DNA from: Vicinamibacterales bacterium
GTDB taxonomy: Bacteria > Acidobacteriota > Vicinamibacteria > Vicinamibacterales > JAMQPK01
Reading direction: 5' to 3'
Length of the DNA: 64,000 bases
Assembly: GCA_963744405.1 (NCBI GenBank)
Contig: CAVUTO010000018.1
Span: 881 to 64,880 of the forward strand
The notes below the pieces were generated by a model. The model worked only from the letters and a program-made list of their open reading frames with translations. It ran no database searches and was not told the DNA's origin. Shown here one piece after another: positions 17,469 to 26,081 of this stretch (positions are counted from its first letter, which is position 1; the number at the start of each line of letters is the position of its first letter). Both the position numbers and the translations under genes were made by a program.

Positions 17469-20465
17469 ATGCTGATGACGCCTGACCAATGGTTGGAGGT
17501 CCAGCGGATCTATCACGCGGCCTTGGCGCTAAGCGCCAACGACCGGGCCAGTTTTCTCGACCAGGCGTGCGCGGGCGACGACACACTACGCCGTGAAGTC
17601 GAGTCGCTGCTCGAGCATGAGCTGAGCGTGGAGGGCTTTCTGGCGACGACGCGGACCGTGGACGCCGACCCCGAGGTCAAGCCGCGTTCGCTCTCCCCTG
17701 GCACGATCTTCGGCCCCTACCGAATTCTCCATTTGCTCGGCCGCGGCGGCATGGGGATCGTGTACGAAGCAGAGGAAGTCGACAGCGCGCGTCGCGTGGC
17801 GCTGAAGGTGATCGCCACGCGCCTGCAGAACCAGGTCGAGCGTGATCGCTTTCTGCGCGAGGGCCGGCTGGCTGCCTCGATCAATCATCCAAATTGCGTT
17901 TACGTTTTCGGGGCCTGCGAGATCGATGGCCAGCCCGCGATCGCGCTGGAGCCGATGCTGGAGACTCTCGCCGATCGCCTGCACCGCGACGGCCCGTTGC
18001 CGCCAGCGGCGGCCGTTGACGCGATTCTCCAGGTTGCTCGAGGGCTCGCGGCCGCGGCAGATGGCGGCATTCTGCATCGCGATGTCAAGCCCTCGAACTG
18101 CTTCATCGGCGACCACGGCCTCGTCAAGATCGGCGATTTCGGGATTTCGCGATCGGCGCGTCCTGCCATCGACACGACGCAGCTCTCCAGGGTCGGACAT
18201 GTCGTCGGGACCCCAAGCTATGCCTCTCCGGAGCAGCTTCACGGCGCCCCGCTCGACACGCGCAGCGACATCTACGGCGTAGGCGCCACGTTGTTCGAGC
18301 TGCTCACCGGTCGCACGCCCTTTGTCGCGGCAGACCTGATGTCGATGCTGATGGCGGTGGCGAATGATCCTCCGCCCGCGCCCCACACGTTCGACCGGAC
18401 GATCCCGAAGGGTTTGAGCGCGGTCGTTGTGCGTTGTCTCGCAAAAAAACCGGAGCACCGGTTCGCAGACTACCAGCAGCTCGCCGCAGCACTCGAGCCA
18501 TATGCATCGGCGAGCCCTACCGCCGCGACCCTCGGTCGTCGATTCGTGGCCGGAACCATCGATCTCGCGATCGTGAGTGCGCCGCTCATCGCACTCGGCA
18601 TCCTGGGTACGAGTCTCGCAGAATTCGTCATCATGTTGCTCTACTTCGGCCTCTTCGAAAGCATCTGGAGCGCGACCCCCGGCAAGGCACTCTGCGGCCT
18701 TGCCGTCGTCGGCGCAAACGGTCAACGTGCCAGCCCGGCTCTCGTGATGGCTCGGGCGGCCGCTTACGCCATGGGGCTGCTTTTGATCACGTTCATTTCG
18801 ACACGGGAACCCCAGGGTCTCGAGCAGACGCTGGGCGGCCCGTTGGCATTCTTGACCGTCCAGGCGTTCGCATTGCTGCCACTCGCGATCATGTTCTCGA
18901 CCGCGCGGCGTCACAATGGCTTCGCTGGCCTGCACGATCTCGGCACCCGCACGCGCGTTGTCGAGCGCCGAGTGAGAGCCGCTCGAGCCGCGCTCACCAC
19001 ATCGGCAGGTCCGCCGCGGCATGTGATCGCCGGACGAGCGGGACCCTACGAAGTGCTGCCAGACGCCGTACGAGGCCTGGCTGACGGATGGCGATGGGGA
19101 TTCGACCCGCGCTTGCGGCGCACTGTCTGGCTCCGGTTCAGCGATCCCGGGACGCCACCCGTTGTTCCTGCACGCAGGGCGGTGGGCCGCGGCACACGGT
19201 TACGCTGGCTGGCTGGACGCCGGCTCGATAACGAGGCGTGGGACGCGTACGAGGTGGCCGAGGGTGTACCGTTGGCCGAGGCCACGCGGGACAGGCACGA
19301 GTGGACCGACGTTCGATGGTGGCTACTCGACCTCGCCAGGGAGTGCGCGGCGATGACAACTGCCGATCGGGCGCCGCGCAGTCCGCAACGCGTGTGGGCG
19401 CTCTCGTCTGGTGGCGTCAAGTGGCTCGACGATCCAGTGGCGGATGCCGTCGCTCCGGCCGACACAGTCGCCACGGATCAGGAACTCTTGATCGCCATTG
19501 CACGGACCGCGCTCGGCGGCGAGCTCGAACCGGTGACCGCGAGCTCGGTGTCTCGCCACCCGCTTCCTCTCGGGGCGTGTCGCTTCCTCGAGCGCCTCGC
19601 CGGTCCGCCGGGCCGGGACATCGGTGCGATGGTGCGAGAGCTCGAGGCACTGACCAAACAGCGCGCCGTCCTCACGCGGGCATGGCGAATGGTGCCTGTC
19701 GCGATCTGTGCGCTAGTGCCCGCGTTCGTTTTGAGTGCGGCGATGGTGTTCACGACGACCAAGGACGTCGACCGAAGCCGCGTGCCGATCGACGAGCGCG
19801 CGGCGGGAGCCTTGCTGTGGCACCTCGCGCTCGCCGACCGCGCGTGGATAGCGATTTCGATGGACGAGCGCGAATCGATCGAGCGCGCGCTGGCGACTCG
19901 ATACAGGGACGAGCTGTCCGAGGGTCGATTGTTCACCCCACGGAACATGGATTATCTCGATCTCCGACGACTATCACCAGGCGATCGCGAGCGATGTGCT
20001 GCGGCGTTATCCACAACCGCTCCCCGATCGGCAGGATCAAGTCGACACTCGAGCCGCCGCCATCATTCGACGAGCGACCCAGGACCCGGTGCGGCCGTGG
20101 TACGAGCCCATCCTTTCGGGAGCGTTCCAGATGTACTTGTCGGTCGCCGTGCTGGCACTCGTCGTGAACTTCGCCTTTCGGCGTGGCTTGATACGCATGA
20201 TGGGACTCGAGCTCGTGACGGCCGACGGGCGGCCTGCGTCACGGCTGCGTGTGCTCGCCCGTACGGCGATCACGTGGTCACCTGTGTTAATGGTTCCGTT
20301 CGTGATCCCGTTCGTCCCGGGAATCCCGCCAAGTCTCACTGGGACACCCTGGTGGATGTTGGTAATGATCGCGGGCGGCGTCTTCGTCGTCATCACGCCC
20401 GCGCGCGGCGTGCAGGATCGCATCGCTGGCACCTGGGTCGTGCCAAGATAGCGGCCGGGGGATAG
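17469..20465 (+). CDS. Ser/Thr protein kinase with RDD-family membrane domains (the last ~170 aa of this ORF are out of frame)
   Basis: 'MTPDQWLEVQRIYHAALAL...REVESLLEHE' is the N-terminal extension shared with the other kinases. 'GRGGMGIVYEA', 'HRDVKPSNCFI', 'DFGISR' and 'GTPSYASPEQ' are kinase motifs. The RDD-like stretch is 'RRFVAGTIDLAIVSAPL...WSATPGKALCGLAVV'. Confidence 0.8.
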   Translation: MLMTPDQWLEVQRIYHAALALSANDRASFLDQACAGDDTLRREVESLLEHELSVEGFLATTRTVDADPEVKPRSLSPGTIFGPYRILHLLGRGGMGIVYEAEEVDSARRVALKVIATRLQNQVERDRFLREGRLAASINHPNCVYVFGACEIDGQPAIALEPMLETLADRLHRDGPLPPAAAVDAILQVARGLAAAADGGILHRDVKPSNCFIGDHGLVKIGDFGISRSARPAIDTTQLSRVGHVVGTPSYASPEQLHGAPLDTRSDIYGVGATLFELLTGRTPFVAADLMSMLMAVANDPPPAPHTFDRTIPKGLSAVVVRCLAKKPEHRFADYQQLAAALEPYASASPTAATLGRRFVAGTIDLAIVSAPLIALGILGTSLAEFVIMLLYFGLFESIWSATPGKALCGLAVVGANGQRASPALVMARAAAYAMGLLLITFISTREPQGLEQTLGGPLAFLTVQAFALLPLAIMFSTARRHNGFAGLHDLGTRTRVVERRVRAARAALTTSAGPPRHVIAGRAGPYEVLPDAVRGLADGWRWGFDPRLRRTVWLRFSDPGTPPVVPARRAVGRGTRLRWLAGRRLDNEAWDAYEVAEGVPLAEATRDRHEWTDVRWWLLDLARECAAMTTADRAPRSPQRVWALSSGGVKWLDDPVADAVAPADTVATDQELLIAIARTALGGELEPVTASSVSRHPLPLGACRFLERLAGPPGRDIGAMVRELEALTKQRAVLTRAWRMVPVAICALVPAFVLSAAMVFTTTKDVDRSRVPIDERAAGALLWHLALADRAWIAISMDERESIERALATRYRDELSEGRLFTPRNMDYLDLRRLSPGDRERCAAALSTTAPRSAGSSRHSSRRHHSTSDPGPGAAVVRAHPFGSVPDVLVGRRAGTRRELRLSAWLDTHDGTRARDGRRAACVTAACARPYGDHVVTCVNGSVRDPVRPGNPAKSHWDTLVDVGNDRGRRLRRHHARARRAGSHRWHLGRAKIAAGG
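19996..20451 (+). CDS. True C-terminal part of the 17469 kinase (second RDD-like membrane domain); frameshift near 19950-19990
   Basis: 'YLSVAVLALVVNFAFRRGLIRMMGLELVTADGRPASRLRVLARTAITW...ARGVQDRIAGTWVVPR' has the RDD-family ending. The frame is open upstream as 'DYHQAIASDVLRRYPQ'. Confidence 0.55.
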   Translation: MLRRYPQPLPDRQDQVDTRAAAIIRRATQDPVRPWYEPILSGAFQMYLSVAVLALVVNFAFRRGLIRMMGLELVTADGRPASRLRVLARTAITWSPVLMVPFVIPFVPGIPPSLTGTPWWMLVMIAGGVFVVITPARGVQDRIAGTWVVPR

Positions 20466-20511
20466 GGATGGGATGGGGATTGGGGATTGGGGATTAGGGA
20501 TTGGGAATGGG
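20456..20511 (+). repeat. G-tract repeat (GGGGATT/GGGATT-type), G-quadruplex-prone
   Basis: Nine runs of 3-5 G separated by 2-4 nt (GGGGGATAGGGATGGGATGGGGATTGGGGATTGGGGATTAGGGATTGGGAATGGG), directly after the kinase stop. Confidence 0.6.
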
Positions 20512-20802
20512 CGACGACGAAAGTGTGCTGACGCCGCGACAAATTACCTTGCGGATCTTTATTCAATGAAGGCTGCAGCCTCAACACTACTGGTTATCGC
20601 ATCTTACAGTTTAGGTCAGAATGCTGTGCTCGACAGACTCGAACAGCTGCCCAGCGATCCACGAGACCGTAACTTTTGGACTTTCTATAGAAACGACTGG
20701 CTTCCGGACGAGACGCGAGACTACGTGATGTCCGTTTTCTCTGCAGCGCTCATCTGCGAACAGCCGGACGTTTTCAATATTCCAGTAGAAAGAATCTGGT
20801 AG
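20473..20802 (+). pseudogene. C-terminal fragment of a lytic transglycosylase (SLT/MltD-like) in a lower-GC patch
   Basis: 'AATNYLADLYSM...LLVIASYSLGQNAVLDRL...RNFWTFYRNDWLPDETRDYVMSVFSAALI' resembles the end of SLT-domain proteins ('AAYN.G...FW.L....LP.ET..YV'). There is no N-terminal catalytic Glu region. The ORF start lies inside the G-tract repeat. Confidence 0.4.
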
Positions 20803-20878
20803 CTGGGAGTGGCTATTCGAACCCAGCAAGAGATGGCCCACTTCGTGGGGCGATGACATCGCGGATTAAGGATTGGGA

Positions 20879-20974
20879 ATGGACGACGACGGAAGCGTGC
20901 CTCCCGATTTTCTGGCGAGCGGACGGCTGGCACCGGCCGCGGCTTCACCGTCTCAGGAGGCTGGGCGTGAGTGA
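20879..20974 (+). pseudogene. Orphan 5' fragment of a kinase paralog (31 codons)
   Basis: 'MDDDGSVPPDFLASGRL' matches the start of the 57441 kinase ('MSDEQAVPPDFLASGRL'). The preceding 35 nt (20866-20900) repeat 20494-20528 with 4 mismatches. Confidence 0.35.
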
Positions 20975-21042
20975 GGCCAAGATTCTTGAAGCGTTCCTTC
21001 CCGCCATCGCTCAGAATCGTCAAGCGGCGCTCTTGGGCAGAA

Positions 21043-21663
21043 TCAACTGCGGTCACCCCTGACACACCGCACGGAAATAGCCATCTCCTTCTCACCCTGG
21101 GGCTGACGGTGGAGAGCTTGGCCGCCTTGACCGAAGTTGTAATACGGGGCGCTGCTCCGATCGTTGTCTGATGCCGTCCAGTAAAACCCGTGCGCCTCTA
21201 ACCGGGCGTACTTTCCATCGGAACGGTTGCCGCCCAGGACGGCATTGAAGCCTGACGTGCCTCCGCTCACGAGTGCCGTGAACGAGGCTCTACCTTTGTC
21301 AGCCGAGTCGTCGCTGACTCCGCCATAGCGCTTCGCCATCTGCCGCCATTCGGCGTCGGTCGGCAAGCGCCAACCGTCTCCGAGCGACCCACACACCCGC
21401 TGCGCCGACTCCCATGTATACATACGGCCGTATCGACGGCAATTCGGCTCGGCATCGTCATAACAATAAGATGGCGACACGTTGACGTTGAGATTGGCAG
21501 TTGTCCATTCCTTACCGTCCGCCATCCGCCTCGAGGAAGAGATTGTGCCGGACGCGTTCTGGTCTTTCGCTGAACGCTCGGTCGTGCCGGCACGGCCGAC
21601 AGATGCGAAGGCGATACTCAGCGCGAGTGCCACGATACGAATTCGAATCGGCGTCATGGTCAT
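21043..21663 (-). CDS. FISUMP (Fibrobacter succinogenes major paralogous) domain lipoprotein/secreted protein
   Basis: 'DGKEWTTANLNV...CYDDAEPNCRRYGRMYTWESAQRVCGSLGDGWRLPTDAEWRQM...GFNAVLGGNR...GFYWTAS...SVRCVR'. Confidence 0.75.
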   Translation of the reverse strand: MTMTPIRIRIVALALSIAFASVGRAGTTERSAKDQNASGTISSSRRMADGKEWTTANLNVNVSPSYCYDDAEPNCRRYGRMYTWESAQRVCGSLGDGWRLPTDAEWRQMAKRYGGVSDDSADKGRASFTALVSGGTSGFNAVLGGNRSDGKYARLEAHGFYWTASDNDRSSAPYYNFGQGGQALHRQPQGEKEMAISVRCVRGDRS

Positions 21664-21699
21664 GCGGACCGTTCCGGGCTACATACCGTGCGGTGAGCG

Positions 21700-22293
21700 T
21701 CAGAATCTGAACACGAAACCAAGCGAGGCTCTCGTGAAATCGACCTTCCCGGGCGACTGGGCGATCGGGACGCCGAGGATCTCCAGATCGTCGAACGTCT
21801 GGAAGTAGCGGATGTCGAAACGGAGACCGGCGCGGGTCCCGAAGAACAGCATCACGCCGCCCCCGGCGCTCCACGTCAGATCGTTCTCGTCGATGTCGGA
21901 GACGCCGGTACCGAAGTCCGACTTCGATTTGAGCAGGCCCGCGCCGCCGACGCCGTACGGACGGATGCCGAAGCCCTGCTGGCCGCCGAAGGGAATCCCG
22001 ATGACCAGGTTTCCAGTCGCCGTGAACACGCTGCTGCCGCCCACGTCGGTCTTGCCATAGAAGTCTGGACTGAAACTGAAGTCACCCTCGACGCCGAAGA
22101 CTCCGCCGCCCATGAAGGTAATGCTCCCGCCCCAGTTGAATTGACTGGTGTCGAACGCATCCGAGAACTCCGTGCCGGAATCGCCGCCGAAATTTACGCC
22201 GAAGAACGGAATGAGCAGTGTGTCTGCCCGCGCGGGTACCGCCGCGAGCATGATCGCGACGAGCGCAGTGCCGATGACTCTGGTTGAAAGCAT
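21700..22293 (-). CDS. Outer-membrane beta-barrel protein (OmpA-like/OmpW-like barrel family)
   Basis: Signal peptide 'MLSTRVIGTALVAIMLAAVPARA', an alternating Gly/aromatic beta-strand pattern, and the terminal 'SLGFVFRF'. Confidence 0.7.
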   Translation of the reverse strand: MLSTRVIGTALVAIMLAAVPARADTLLIPFFGVNFGGDSGTEFSDAFDTSQFNWGGSITFMGGGVFGVEGDFSFSPDFYGKTDVGGSSVFTATGNLVIGIPFGGQQGFGIRPYGVGGAGLLKSKSDFGTGVSDIDENDLTWSAGGGVMLFFGTRAGLRFDIRYFQTFDDLEILGVPIAQSPGKVDFTRASLGFVFRF

Positions 22294-22539
22294 GTGTCGC
22301 TCCTCCTCAATGATTCGCGCCGCTGGCGCCGTGAGTAACCACCATGCAACTCCGCGTCCGCCCGACCCGGGGGGCGGGGCTCACGCGCATCGCATGGCGC
22401 GTCAAGGAGTTGCGGCTATCGGGAGGGCTCGGGTCTCCGGACAGACCACGAAATCTCGTGGCCAGCCCCACCGGGGGTGGTGGGTATATGGCGACCGATA
22501 GCCGCGAGCCGTTCTGCGTATACTGTGCGAACCTCCCCG

Positions 22540-23715
22540 ATGACACCTGAACGGTGGCAGCAAATCTCACAGCTCTACATCGCTGCGCTGGCGTGCGACG
22601 TGGCGGAGCAAACCGCGTTTCTGCACGATGCCTGTGGCGACGATGCGGAGCTGCGAAGCGAGGTCGAGTCGCTGCTCGCCCAGGAAAGTCTGCCCGATAG
22701 TTTTTTGAATCCGTTAAGAGGATTAGAGATTGGGAAGTCGGAATTCGATCTGACTGGTCAGCAGATCGGCATCTATAAGGTTATGTCCCTCCTGGGTGTC
22801 GGCGGGATGGGCGAGGTCTATCGCGCGCGCGACTCGAAGCTCGGTCGCGAAGTGGCGATCAAGATCCTGCCAAGGCTTTTCATCAGCGATCCTGATCGGT
22901 TGACGCGATTCGAACGCGAAGCGCGCGTGCTTGCGTCCCTCAATCATCCCCACATCGGCGCGATCTACGGAGTGGAGGACGCGGACGGGATTCGGGCCCT
23001 GGTGCTCGAGCTGGTCGAAGGCGAAACGCTGGCCGACCGCATCGTGCGCGGGCCCATACCTCTGGCCGATACCCTGACCATCGCGCGACAGATCGCCGAT
23101 GCCCTTGATGCAGCCCATGAGAAGGGGATCATTCACCGCGATCTCAAACCGGCCAACATCAAGATCACGCCCGACGGCATCGTCAAGGTGCTGGACTTCG
23201 GGCTCGCGAAAGCGACGGCGGGTGACGGAGCGACACCGGACTTCACGCAGTCGCCCACGGTGACGGCAGGTGGCACACGCGAGGGAGCCGTGCTCGGGAC
23301 TGCGGCCTATATGAGTCCCGAACAAGCGCGAGGGCAGGCAGTCGACAAGCGAACCGACATCTGGGCGTTCGGCTGTGTGGTGTACGAAATGCTGACCGGC
23401 CGAATCGCATTCGCGGGGCAGACGGTCTCGGACACGATAGCGGCCATTCTCGAGCGCGAGCCTGATTGGTCTCGGTTGCCTGCATCCACGCCGGCGAACA
23501 TTCTTCGTGTGCTGCGACGCTGTCTTCAGAAGGATGCGAGACGCCGCCATCGCGATATTGGCGATGTTCGGATCGAGCTCGATGACTCGCCGAGCGACGC
23601 TGCGCACACGGTGCCTGTGGCTCGCCCTGTTCTGTTGAGCCGGCTACGGTCGTGGGTTGGCGGCGCCGTTGCCGGGAGTCATCCTGAAGGCGCTGCAATG
23701 AGAGGGATCACCTGA
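22540..23715 (+). CDS. Ser/Thr protein kinase, C-terminally truncated tandem paralog (kinase domain only)
   Basis: ATG at 22540 ('MTPERWQQISQLYIAALACD'). '[13 protein letters not shown]', 'HRDLKPANIKI', 'DFGLAK' and 'GTAAYMSPEQ'. The ORF ends about 25 aa after the kinase domain, where the paralog has its TM helix. Confidence 0.8.
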   Translation: MTPERWQQISQLYIAALACDVAEQTAFLHDACGDDAELRSEVESLLAQESLPDSFLNPLRGLEIGKSEFDLTGQQIGIYKVMSLLGVGGMGEVYRARDSKLGREVAIKILPRLFISDPDRLTRFEREARVLASLNHPHIGAIYGVEDADGIRALVLELVEGETLADRIVRGPIPLADTLTIARQIADALDAAHEKGIIHRDLKPANIKITPDGIVKVLDFGLAKATAGDGATPDFTQSPTVTAGGTREGAVLGTAAYMSPEQARGQAVDKRTDIWAFGCVVYEMLTGRIAFAGQTVSDTIAAILEREPDWSRLPASTPANILRVLRRCLQKDARRRHRDIGDVRIELDDSPSDAAHTVPVARPVLLSRLRSWVGGAVAGSHPEGAAMRGIT

Positions 23716-23804
23716 GTCCCAAAGGACGACTGGCCCTCGCCCACCCCGCCTGCGCCAAGCAGTAACACGATCTGATAGACGGCCGATCTGCCGGCATTTC
23801 CCCA

Positions 23805-23948
23805 CGGCGGGTGGCGCCGATTTTTCTTTGTCCGCCGCGCCCCTCGACACCGCTCGGGGCGCCCTGAGCCTCGTCGAAGGGCGCAGGGCCGTCTCACGTA
23901 CACGCGCTTGTCGGCCCGAGGACGGGCAAAGGAAAATCGGCGACAGGG
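23805..23948 (+). repeat. Structured intergenic repeat, copy A (long inverted-repeat form with a 44-nt insertion in the loop)
   Basis: Arm GGCGCCGATTTTTCTTTGTCCG pairs with CGGGCAAAGGAAAATCGGCG (20 bp, 2 G-U). The core GGCCCGAGGACGGGCAAAGGAAAATCGGCGACAGG is shared with 26022, 46144, 54410 and 63643. Confidence 0.6.
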
Positions 23949-24026
23949 GCCTGAAGCTGGCGAACGTTACGAAGAACTGCAGGATGTGCCGCGAGCCGTT
24001 CTGCGTATACTGTGCGAACCTCCCCG

Positions 24027-25796
24027 ATGACACCTGAACGGTGGCAGCAAATCTCACAGCTCCACATCGCTGCGCTGGCGTGCGACGTGGCGGAGCGAAC
24101 CGCGTTTCTGCGCGATGCCTGTGGCGACGATGCGGAGCTGCGAAGCGAAGTTGAGTCGCTGCTCGCCCAGGAAAGTGTGCCGGAGAGTTTTTTGGAACCG
24201 TTACCGGGGTTGGGGATGAGGGAGTCAGAATTCGATCTGAGTGGTCAGCAGGTCGGCATCTACAAGGTGATGTCCCTGCTGGGCGTCGGCGGCATGGGCG
24301 AGGTCTATCGCGCGCGCGATACGAAGCTGGGACGCGACGTGGCGATCAAGATCCTACCACCCCACTTCACGAGCGATCCCGATCGGCTGGCGCGGTTCGA
24401 GCGTGAAGCGCGGATGCTGGCGGCCCTCAATCATCCGAACATCGGCGCCATCTACGGCCTCGAAGACGCCGACGGCGTTCGTGCATTGGTGCTCGAGCTG
24501 GTCAACGGCGAGACGCTGGCCGAGCGAATCGTGCGCGGACCTATCCCTCTCGCTGAAACTCTGCTCATTGCGCGACAGATCGCGGACGCGCTCGAGGCGG
24601 CGCATGAAAAGGGCATCGTTCATCGCGATCTGAAACCGGCCAACATCAAGATCACCCCTGACGGTGTCGTGAAAGTCCTCGACTTTGGCCTGGCGAAGGC
24701 GGCGTCCAGCGACGCGGCGACCGGCGATCTGACGCAGTCGCCGACGATAACTGTCGGCGGGACGCGGGACGGAGTCATCCTCGGGACGGCGACGTACATG
24801 AGCCCCGAGCGGGCGACGGGCCGCCCCGCAGACAAGCGCGCAGACGTGTGGGCGTTCGGCGTTGTGCTCTACGAGATGCTGACAGGCCGGCGCGCCTTCG
24901 AAGGAGAGACATTCTCAGACGTACTGGCGAAGGTGATCGAACGTGAACCAGATTGGACGGTGCTCCCGGCCACGACTCCTCCTCGCCTGCGTGAATTGTT
25001 GCGGAGATGTGTGAGGAAGGATCCGAAGACACGGCTCCAGGCAATAGGAGATGCGCGCGTTCAGATCGATGAGCTAATCAGCGGCGCGACGGAGGAAACC
25101 GCTACGGCAGTAAAAGCGCCCACCGCCTACAGAAGCTGGCGCGTTCACGTGGCGTGGGCGTCAGTGCTGCTCGCCGCCGTCGTCACCGCGATCTGGCTTT
25201 CTGCGGGGACTGTTTCTGAGAATCTTCCCGCCCCAAACGCCGTCCCGGTGATCGTGTTGATGGATTCGCCGCTGCCCGGGCGCGTTTACGATCCGCGCAC
25301 GCTTGCCGAAGGAGGCACGAACGCGGACGACGTGACGGACGTGCTGCGGGACTTGCGGGTCGCCATCCGCAAGGAAAACACGAGCGCCGCGTGGCATCGC
25401 GAGGAGCAGGTCGTGGGAGGGAACCCCGACTTGATCGTCGCCCATCTGTCCTGTCTCCTCGATGCACGCGTAGGAGAAGGCCAGACGGCCATATCGGCAC
25501 ACCTGGTCGATCTTGCAGAGAACCGGTTCATCGTCTTTCTCGCGTATGTGGCGGCGCGCAATCCGCGCACCCGATTCATCGTGTATTCACGTTCAGTTTT
25601 CCAGACGCATGGCGGCGAAGAACAGTGGGTCGCAACGCAGGTCGCTCGGCTGCCGGTGCTGAAAGATCGCTTGAACGCCTTCACCGTGCCAGGCGGTCGG
25701 GAGAAGGCGACGTTTCGTGATCCCCAGAGTGCGCAACTGCTCCGCGCGCGAGTCGCACAAGTTCTTGGTCGGGGGCCGAAAGGAGCTTCGAACTGA
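24027..25796 (+). CDS. Ser/Thr protein kinase with a TM helix and an uncharacterised ~190-aa C-terminal domain
   Basis: 'MTPERWQQISQLHIAALACD', '[13 protein letters not shown]', 'HRDLKPANIKI', 'DFGLAK', and TM 'VAWASVLLAAVVTAIWL'. I did not recognise the C-terminal domain. Confidence 0.8.
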   Translation: MTPERWQQISQLHIAALACDVAERTAFLRDACGDDAELRSEVESLLAQESVPESFLEPLPGLGMRESEFDLSGQQVGIYKVMSLLGVGGMGEVYRARDTKLGRDVAIKILPPHFTSDPDRLARFEREARMLAALNHPNIGAIYGLEDADGVRALVLELVNGETLAERIVRGPIPLAETLLIARQIADALEAAHEKGIVHRDLKPANIKITPDGVVKVLDFGLAKAASSDAATGDLTQSPTITVGGTRDGVILGTATYMSPERATGRPADKRADVWAFGVVLYEMLTGRRAFEGETFSDVLAKVIEREPDWTVLPATTPPRLRELLRRCVRKDPKTRLQAIGDARVQIDELISGATEETATAVKAPTAYRSWRVHVAWASVLLAAVVTAIWLSAGTVSENLPAPNAVPVIVLMDSPLPGRVYDPRTLAEGGTNADDVTDVLRDLRVAIRKENTSAAWHREEQVVGGNPDLIVAHLSCLLDARVGEGQTAISAHLVDLAENRFIVFLAYVAARNPRTRFIVYSRSVFQTHGGEEQWVATQVARLPVLKDRLNAFTVPGGREKATFRDPQSAQLLRARVAQVLGRGPKGASN

Positions 25797-25949
25797 AGGC
25801 TCCACCATTTTAACGACCGTGATTGACACCTCGCTACTTGAGATTAGGTTTTAGTCGCGATCACCGCGAGTGTCATCGGACTGACGAACAGCCGCGCCGG
25901 ATCGTCGAGCTCAGCCAGTTCGCGGTCCCCCTGCGTGACGTCTGCGCCT

Positions 25950-25993
25950 GCGCGCACCGGCTGCGAAGTGTTTAGCTCAGCTAAAGCTGAGCC
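25950..25993 (+). repeat. Second intergenic repeat module (CGCGCACCGGCTGCGA ... TTAGCTCAGCTAAAGCTGA hairpin)
   Basis: The same two blocks recur at 54561-54607, and the first block recurs at 26197-26214. GCTCAGC-taaa-GCTGAGC is a 7-bp hairpin. Confidence 0.4.
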
Positions 25994-26021
25994 CTACGAA
26001 TAAAGCTGAGCCCATCCGCTG

Positions 26022-26062
26022 TTGTCGGCCCGAGGACGGGCAAAGGGAAATCGGCGACAGGA
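26022..26062 (+). repeat. Structured repeat, core-only copy D
   Basis: TTGTCGGCCCGAGGACGGGCAAAGGGAAATCGGCGACAGGA has an outer TGTCG/CGACA stem and an inner GCCCG-agga-CGGGC stem. Confidence 0.55.
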
Positions 26063-26081
26063 ACTCAGAGTTCTGACGCAC

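Noticed and set aside
20456-20511. G-rich tandem repeat as a CRISPR array or telomere-like end
   Set aside because: The units are 6-7 nt with no spacers. The tract lies in the middle of a contiguous chromosome segment. No cas or telomere-resolvase genes are nearby.
23828-24037. ORFs running through the structured repeats (23828-24037, 54333-54584, 54343-54567, 63668-63949) as small proteins
   Set aside because: The conserved nucleotide core is read in different frames in different copies. Conservation follows base-pairing, not codons.
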